A stretch of DNA of 64,000 nt from Chrysomallon squamiferum (taxonomy: Eukaryota; Animalia; Mollusca): positions 41,044,001-41,108,000 of the forward strand of contig CM022665.1 of NCBI GenBank assembly GCA_012295275.1, given 5' to 3'. Each line of letters starts with the position of its first letter. The first letter of the stretch is position 1. Below the pieces are notes generated by a model, which worked only from the letters and a program-made list of their open reading frames with translations, had not been told where the DNA came from and made no database searches. Below are positions 58,437-64,000 of the stretch, piece after piece. Position numbers and translations under genes: made by a program.

Positions 58437-60183
58437 ATGGCTGAAAAAGGGGATCTGAAAAATACAACTCTCAACAGCATGGCTCAACAAATGTCACAGA
58501 GCAGCAAATCTGATAGCATGGAAAAGACTGAAGAAGTTGTTGAAAAAGTTGTTGAAGACAATCCTGAAGGAATATCTGCACCAACTGGTCACTCTGAGGA
58601 GCAGACTGAAGAACCGATTACAGTTTTTGTTGATCAGATCGAAGAACAAGTTGGACATGGAATCACCGCCTGCATTGATCCAGCAGCATCTTCTCAGCAG
58701 TATTCTGAACATTGCTATTGTGGAGAGGATGGGTCTAAAAAACCTGAGGATTCTGAAGATGTTGGAGGTCAAATTATAAATGTGGATGAGCTGGATTTTT
58801 TGCAGCATACATCAGGAGAAGGATCAGGTGACATTCCAAAAACGTATGAGATCAGTGATCATGTGGTTAGTCATAGAAAGCTGTTTGAATTTGAAGATGG
58901 ACACATTAGTAAAGAAGATGTCAGAGAAGAAGAACTTTCTTATGAAGAGATGAGAGAGTCTTATGGTACTCTGAGAAGAATGAATGATGGGATGAATGCA
59001 GAACAAGGACAGATCAGAATAGTAAATATTGATAGACTTCAAGAAAGAGATGAAAGCATAGAGTTGATGGATGAGATTGTCTTTGAGATTAATGAAAGTG
59101 AGGTAGATTTTAGAGAAATTGTGGTTGATGGTCGTATCAGTAATTTATATCTGAGGGAAATGAAAGTGGGTGCACAGAATTTTGGACAGTACCAGCTTGT
59201 CATGAGTAGCGAACAAGATTTACTAGGATTTGAACAAACGAGTGATCAAACTGAAAGAGAATTTATAGGTTTTGAAGAAAACAGTGAACAAGATCTTACA
59301 GTTGTAACAGGAATTGAACATAGCAGTCAACAAGTTATGAGAAAAGTGGAGATATTTGAACAGAACAATGAACAAGACTTTGAGCAGAATTATGAATTAG
59401 ATATCAGAGGAACTGAAGACAGCCTGTCATGCAGTGTCACAGATTTGTCAGCTGGACAACAAATGGAAGTTCAGGACACCAGAGAAGAAGTCTGTGACAG
59501 TAATGAGGGCCTTTCTGATGGAGAAGATATTTCTGAATTTGAGGATGATGAAAACAATGAACTGGATGAAGTAGTCAGGGAAATAGTACGAGGTGAGAAA
59601 AGTGGCAAGAAAAATATTATCAGCCACAAACGCGATAAAGCAGTTAATAAGGATAAAAAAGAAAGTGAAATTCAGAAAGGAAAGGTAGATCAAAATGAAT
59701 GTGAAATTAAGAAAGAAAAGGTGGAACAAAATGAATGTCAAATTCAGAAAGGAAAGGTGGAACAAAATGAATGCAAAATTCAGAAGGGACAGGTGGATCA
59801 AAATGAATGTAAAATTCAGAAAGGAAAGGTGCAACAAAATGAATGTAAAATTCAGAAAGGAAGGGTGGAACAAAATGAATATAAAATTCAGAAAGGAAAG
59901 TTGGAACAAAATGAATGTAAAATTCAGAAAGGAAGGGTGGAACAAAATGAATGTAAAATTCAGAAAGGAAAGGTGGAACAAAATGATTATAAAATTCAGA
60001 AAGGAAAGATGGAACAAAATGAATGTAAAATTCAGAAAGGAAAGGTGGAACAAAGTGAATGTAAAATTCAGAAAGGAAGGGTGGAACAAAATGATTATAA
60101 AATTCAGAAAGGAAGGGTGGAACAAAATGAATATAAAATTCAGAAAGGAAAGGTGGATCTAAAGGTTGTTGGTGACAATGTTG
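58437..60183 (+). CDS. Consortin-like large acidic exon with 12-aa repeats
   Basis: Long open frame (ORF 58437..60245); acceptor tttatttcag ending 58357; donor G|gtatgt at 60184 in phase with the next exon. Confidence 0.82.
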
Positions 60184-63100
60184 GTATGTATGATTATCTT
60201 CACAAATGTTTTTACAAATATTTATCCATTACTGAGTTGTTATAATTAACATATTTTTTCTGTAAGTATAATTTACAGATATAAATATATAATTTTTCTA
60301 AAATATAATATGATTTGGCATGATTTATCAACTATACATTATAGTTTTTCTAAAATTTGAAATCATTTGGCCTTGTTTATCAATTACTTATTATAATTTT
60401 TAGAAAAGAATGCAATGATTTAACCCTGTTTATCAAATGTATATTATAATGTTTCGTAAAATATGAAATGATCTGACCATATCAGCGATATATTATAATG
60501 CTTCTAACATATGAAATTATAATTTATCAGTTACGTATTGCTTTCAGCTGACAGCAGTTCAAGCCAGCAAGATTTTAAGTGTGATAGTGAGGAATCTAGA
60601 ACAGAGATGTTTGCCCGAGCACTAGATTTTGAAAAGGAAGGCGATCAGATTACGGCACTGAAATGTTATCTTGGTTGCCTTTCAAACTTGGAGCCAGACT
60701 CTAATTTCTTACTACTGCCACAATGTTTGAGAAATGTAGGTTTTACTTTTTTAAAATTTAATTTGCACTTTGGGTGGATGGATGAGCATGTTTGTATTAA
60801 AAGGTGAATGTGTGTGTGTCTAAATGTAATGCATAGATCTACATCATGTAATTTGTATTGCATATTTATTAGCTTTATAAATATGTAGTTTAAACGATTA
60901 CAATGTGTATCTTTTATGTTGCAATGTGTTTGTACATACAGAATGTGGATGAAATTTATAACCTGTAAAAACAAAATGTAATTTGTGTCACTTGCAGCCA
61001 GGAGTTTGTATTTTTATTTATAACATGATGGACACATTTTCTTATAGTTCAGTGATGCTATAGTCATATAATAGATGTACAGTATTCATGTTTCATTTAT
61101 AATGTTCTATTTATATTTATTTTTTATTTTTAAATTGTTTTTCAGGTCGCAGATATTTATTATCAAAGAGAAGAGTGTATCCTCACTTATATTGTATTAT
61201 GGACATCTTTTATTGGTTTAGACAAATATTTACTATTAAACAAAAAAATATATAATTCCTGATCATCATATTTTAAAAGTACAATTTTTTTTTTTTTTTT
61301 TTTTTTTTTAATAAAACCTGTTTTAAATGCCATTACATCATATAGTGCATTGAAAGATAATGAAACATCTTAAAAATTGAAAAAATATATATTTATCATC
61401 CTTTTATTTATTTATTTTTATGGTGTATAGTTATTTATTTTGCATTTTGAAATATTTAATGTATTCATATTTCATAGTGTTGTATAAGACCAAGAATTTT
61501 TATAAAATATTTCCTTAAGATAAATACACAGATGATAAAGCCATTTGTTTTATTCAGGCTGAGAAGTTGTTTTATGAAAATGCTTTAATAGATACAACAG
61601 AAATCCAACAGAAAATAGGTAAGAAAGAAATGTATGAAAATTTATTTTAGAGAACTAATTTTACATTTATTTGTCTTTTTTAATTTAAATAGTTAATTTT
61701 TACTTTCTCCTTTTTAATTTTATTATTATTATATTATTATTATTATTATTATTATTTGTAGACCTTTTGCATTGTGACAAGAATGTTTTTTTATTTTTAT
61801 TATTTCTCAAATGTTTCAGATATCTTTAACTTTCAATAACTGTTTATCTCTCTCTCTTTAAACATACATTATTCTGTATTTAATATTTTTTTAGTGATTT
61901 ACAGTAATTATTTTTGTTTATTTAATATCCAAATCAGCTGGTGAACAGAATGAATTGTCGGAAGGAGGCGGAGATTCACCTGTCCCTAGGGATGTTTTAC
62001 GAGCCGACGAGTATGAACATCTGGCCAGAGTGTGCATGGACAGGAGACAGTAAGATTATTTAACATTGCTTTAAAGATTAAAGTGATGTAGTAATTGTTG
62101 TCTGGAGTTATATTAAAAGCAACAGTTAAAAATAGAAAAGGAAAACAAAAATGAGTTGTTAAAGTTCATTATACTTGATTATTTCTTTCAAATACAATAT
62201 TTAGTTGATACTTACAATGAAAGAAGATTATACATACTGAGTTCTATACTAAATATATTATTAATAAAATATTAACTTTAAATCTCTCTTCTTCAGACCT
62301 CAGCTTGCTTTGGAATATTCAGGCAAAGTAAGTGATTTCTTTTATTACTTAAAATCTCCCCTAATATACTCAGTGCATATGTTTTTAATCTTTTTAAACT
62401 GTGCAGTAAAAACAAAAACATTTAATTGTTGTTTAAACCATGTTAGAAAAGGAATAATTCAAGTTAGGGTATATACTAAGAAGAAAATGCCTATTAACTA
62501 ATAAACAAAAACAATCATGTATTATAAACATTTATTTTGACACTATACATATGTGTATCATTTACTATATTTGGGTCTGATATCGCTATATATTTTTATT
62601 CTTCTTCATAGTTTTTCTCATTCAGAATTTGTGAAGTTGACATTAATTCCTCCATCTTTACCTATTTGAGGATATGTTTCTAGTTCTTTCTTTTATGCAG
62701 CATATGTTTCTTCAAGTTTTAAATTTTCTGTTCCTTTTTATGATTTAATATAATTGCTTCTATATTCTTTTGTAAAATCCTAGTTAGTAATAAAATAATT
62801 TTATAACAGTATTTTGTCTTTTTTAGGCAACAAAAATTAGGCAGAAGGTTTATGGTGATGATCATCGAATCACCAAAGAGAGTTTAGACTATTTTGCAGC
62901 TCTGTATGCAGAAGTGGGACGACATCAGTACAGTGGTAATTTATTTGTCATAGTTCATTCTTTAGAATTTCACATTTAGAATTTTTGATGATACCTTATT
63001 AAAATCAGGAATTAAAACTGTATAGTCTGTAATAGTTTTTGAATATTATTAACCATTTTTTATTCGATTTATGTCTAAGAATTAAGATAATAAAATTGGA

Positions 63101-63982
63101 TTAAAAAATAATTGTCTTGCTTGAAGATAATTATTTTGTTATGGCAGATTCCTTTATTGATGCCATTGAATTTTTATTTGATATGGTAGAGTCTATGTGT
63201 TATTTATCAAAGAAACTATTGTTTGTAAAATGTAGAGTGTTTAAAAGTAAATTAATTTTAAGATGAATCCATCTCTGGAATATGAAAAGTCTTTGATACA
63301 GTTAAAAATGTTTCAGAATCAGTGAAAGACCTGTTTAAGTCAGCAGAATGTTCACCAGTTGACCAAGATTCATCAGAAATGAGTCTTCCAGATGAAACTA
63401 ATATCAGATCACCCTCATCCATTCTTAGAAACAGGAAAGCTAAAGAAGGTGAACTTTAATAATCTCCTTTTATCTATAAAAAAAAATCTAAATTCATTGA
63501 TGAAGTTTAAAACTTGCTGATTTAACAATGATTTTTTGTCACAAAAATGTAATTAATATATCTTAATTTGGTATTGTGAAAGGTAAAGGTTAAAAACTGC
63601 AAATAATTATCTTATTAATTTTTACCGAATAGCTATCTGCTGAGTTTTTCCAAATAACTATAAAACACATTAAGACACATCAGTACCAGCTTCAAAATAA
63701 AAAATTTTGGTTTTGGAAAATCACTAAATTATTTTTTCTTTGATTTTTAAAATTATTTCCACTGATGCTTAAACTTTTTTATTTATTTAATAATAGTGTT
63801 TATAACTTTCAAGTTACATTTTTTATCATTTAATTGAGACACAGTTTTTAAATAACAGTATTTGTAACTTTTGAGTTCTATTTTTATTATTTAATTTATG
63901 ATTGGTATTTTTAATTTTTTTCTAGATAAAGAGAAGAAGCAAGTCAGATTTGAGGAACCACTGGAATACTCCAGATACAAAG
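58437..63982 (+). CDS. Consortin-like TPR protein, 3'-partial; exons 58437-60183, 60548-60735, 61146-61176, 61532-61618, 61938-62049, 62297-62327, 62827-62935, 63317-63448, 63926-63982
   Basis: Nine exons in consistent phase (831 codons so far). LPQCLRNVADIYYQREEYDKAICFIQAEKLFYENAL resembles the conserved block of vertebrate consortin as I recall it (LP.CL.QIA..Y...E.Y.KA..FIQ.E.L). SILR and KQVRF resemble its SILK/RVxF motifs. IRQKVYGDDH is a kinesin-light-chain-type TPR signature. Exon structure is firm; the family name is less certain. Confidence 0.8.
59673..60158 (+). repeat. Coding minisatellite, 36-bp unit, 13.5 copies, encoding QKGKVEQNECKI
   Basis: Unit cagaaaggaaaggtggaacaaaatgaatgtaaaatt, no indels, in frame within ORF 58437..60245. 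Confidence 0.96.
60548..60735 (+). CDS. Consortin-like exon (ADSSSS...ALKCYL...LLLPQCLRN)
   Basis: ctttcag| acceptor, |gtaggt donor. Confidence 0.88.
61146..61176 (+). CDS. Consortin-like 31-nt exon (VADIYYQREE)
   Basis: ttttcag| acceptor, followed by U12-type donor gtatcct. Confidence 0.87.
61177..61531 (+). other. U12-type (minor spliceosome) GT-AG intron
   Basis: 5' splice site GTATCCTC; branch site TTCCTTAAG at 61511-61519; 3' AG at 61530-61531 with no polypyrimidine tract; phase 1, splitting Tyr codon T|AT. Confidence 0.88.
61532..61618 (+). CDS. Consortin-like exon (YDKAICFIQAEKLFYENALIDTTEIQQKI)
   Basis: Follows the U12 acceptor; G|gtaaga donor. Confidence 0.88.
61938..62049 (+). 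CDS. Consortin-like exon (GEQNELS...RADEYEHLARVCMDRR)
   Basis: cag| acceptor, CA|gtaaga donor. Confidence 0.85.
62297..62327 (+). CDS. Consortin-like 31-nt exon (PQLALEYSGK)
   Basis: cttcttcag| acceptor, |gtaagt donor. Confidence 0.85.
62827..62935 (+). CDS. Consortin-like exon (ATKIRQKVYGDDHRITKESLDYFAALYAEVGRHQYS)
   Basis: ttttag| acceptor, G|gtaatt donor; TPR-like. Confidence 0.88.
63317..63448 (+). CDS. Consortin-like exon ending in SSILRNRKAKE
   Basis: tttcag| acceptor, G|gtgaac donor. Confidence 0.82.
63926..63982 (+). CDS. Consortin-like exon (DKEKKQVRFEEPLEYSRYK)
   Basis: ttttctag| acceptor, G|gtacta donor; RVxF motif. Confidence 0.82.
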
Positions 63983-64000
63983 GTACTATTATTACTTTTC

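Noticed and set aside
59448-60162. 225-aa antisense ORF and 155-aa alternative-frame ORF
   Set aside because: By-products of a 36-bp repeat unit that lacks stops in those frames.

Overview
AT-rich, microsatellite-dense animal genomic DNA with spliceosomal introns. It is an invertebrate; a mollusc such as a cephalopod is my guess from composition only. Reading splice sites by hand gives four multi-exon genes that the ORF track shows only in fragments. (1) The 3' part of B3GALNT2 (+, 7 exons, 9083-29933) with long introns. (2) A complete senju/SLC35A-family nucleotide-sugar transporter (-, 5 exons, 46738-38527, 357 aa). (3) A complete PLD3/4/5-family gene with two HKD motifs (-, 9 coding exons, 56145-51054, 490 aa). 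(4) A consortin-like gene (+, from 58437, running off the window), head-to-head with the PLD gene; it has an acidic N-terminus, a 12-aa coding minisatellite, TPR-like helices, SILK/RVxF PP1-docking motifs and a U12-type intron. Other items: a degenerate Mutator-like (MULE) transposon just after the B3GALNT2 stop, several minisatellites, a GC/CpG-rich patch in the last senju exon, an overlapping uORF in the senju leader, and TALE/homeodomain-motif-rich non-coding islands. Most other ORFs in the track are microsatellite artefacts. No searches were run; family calls rest on recalled motifs.
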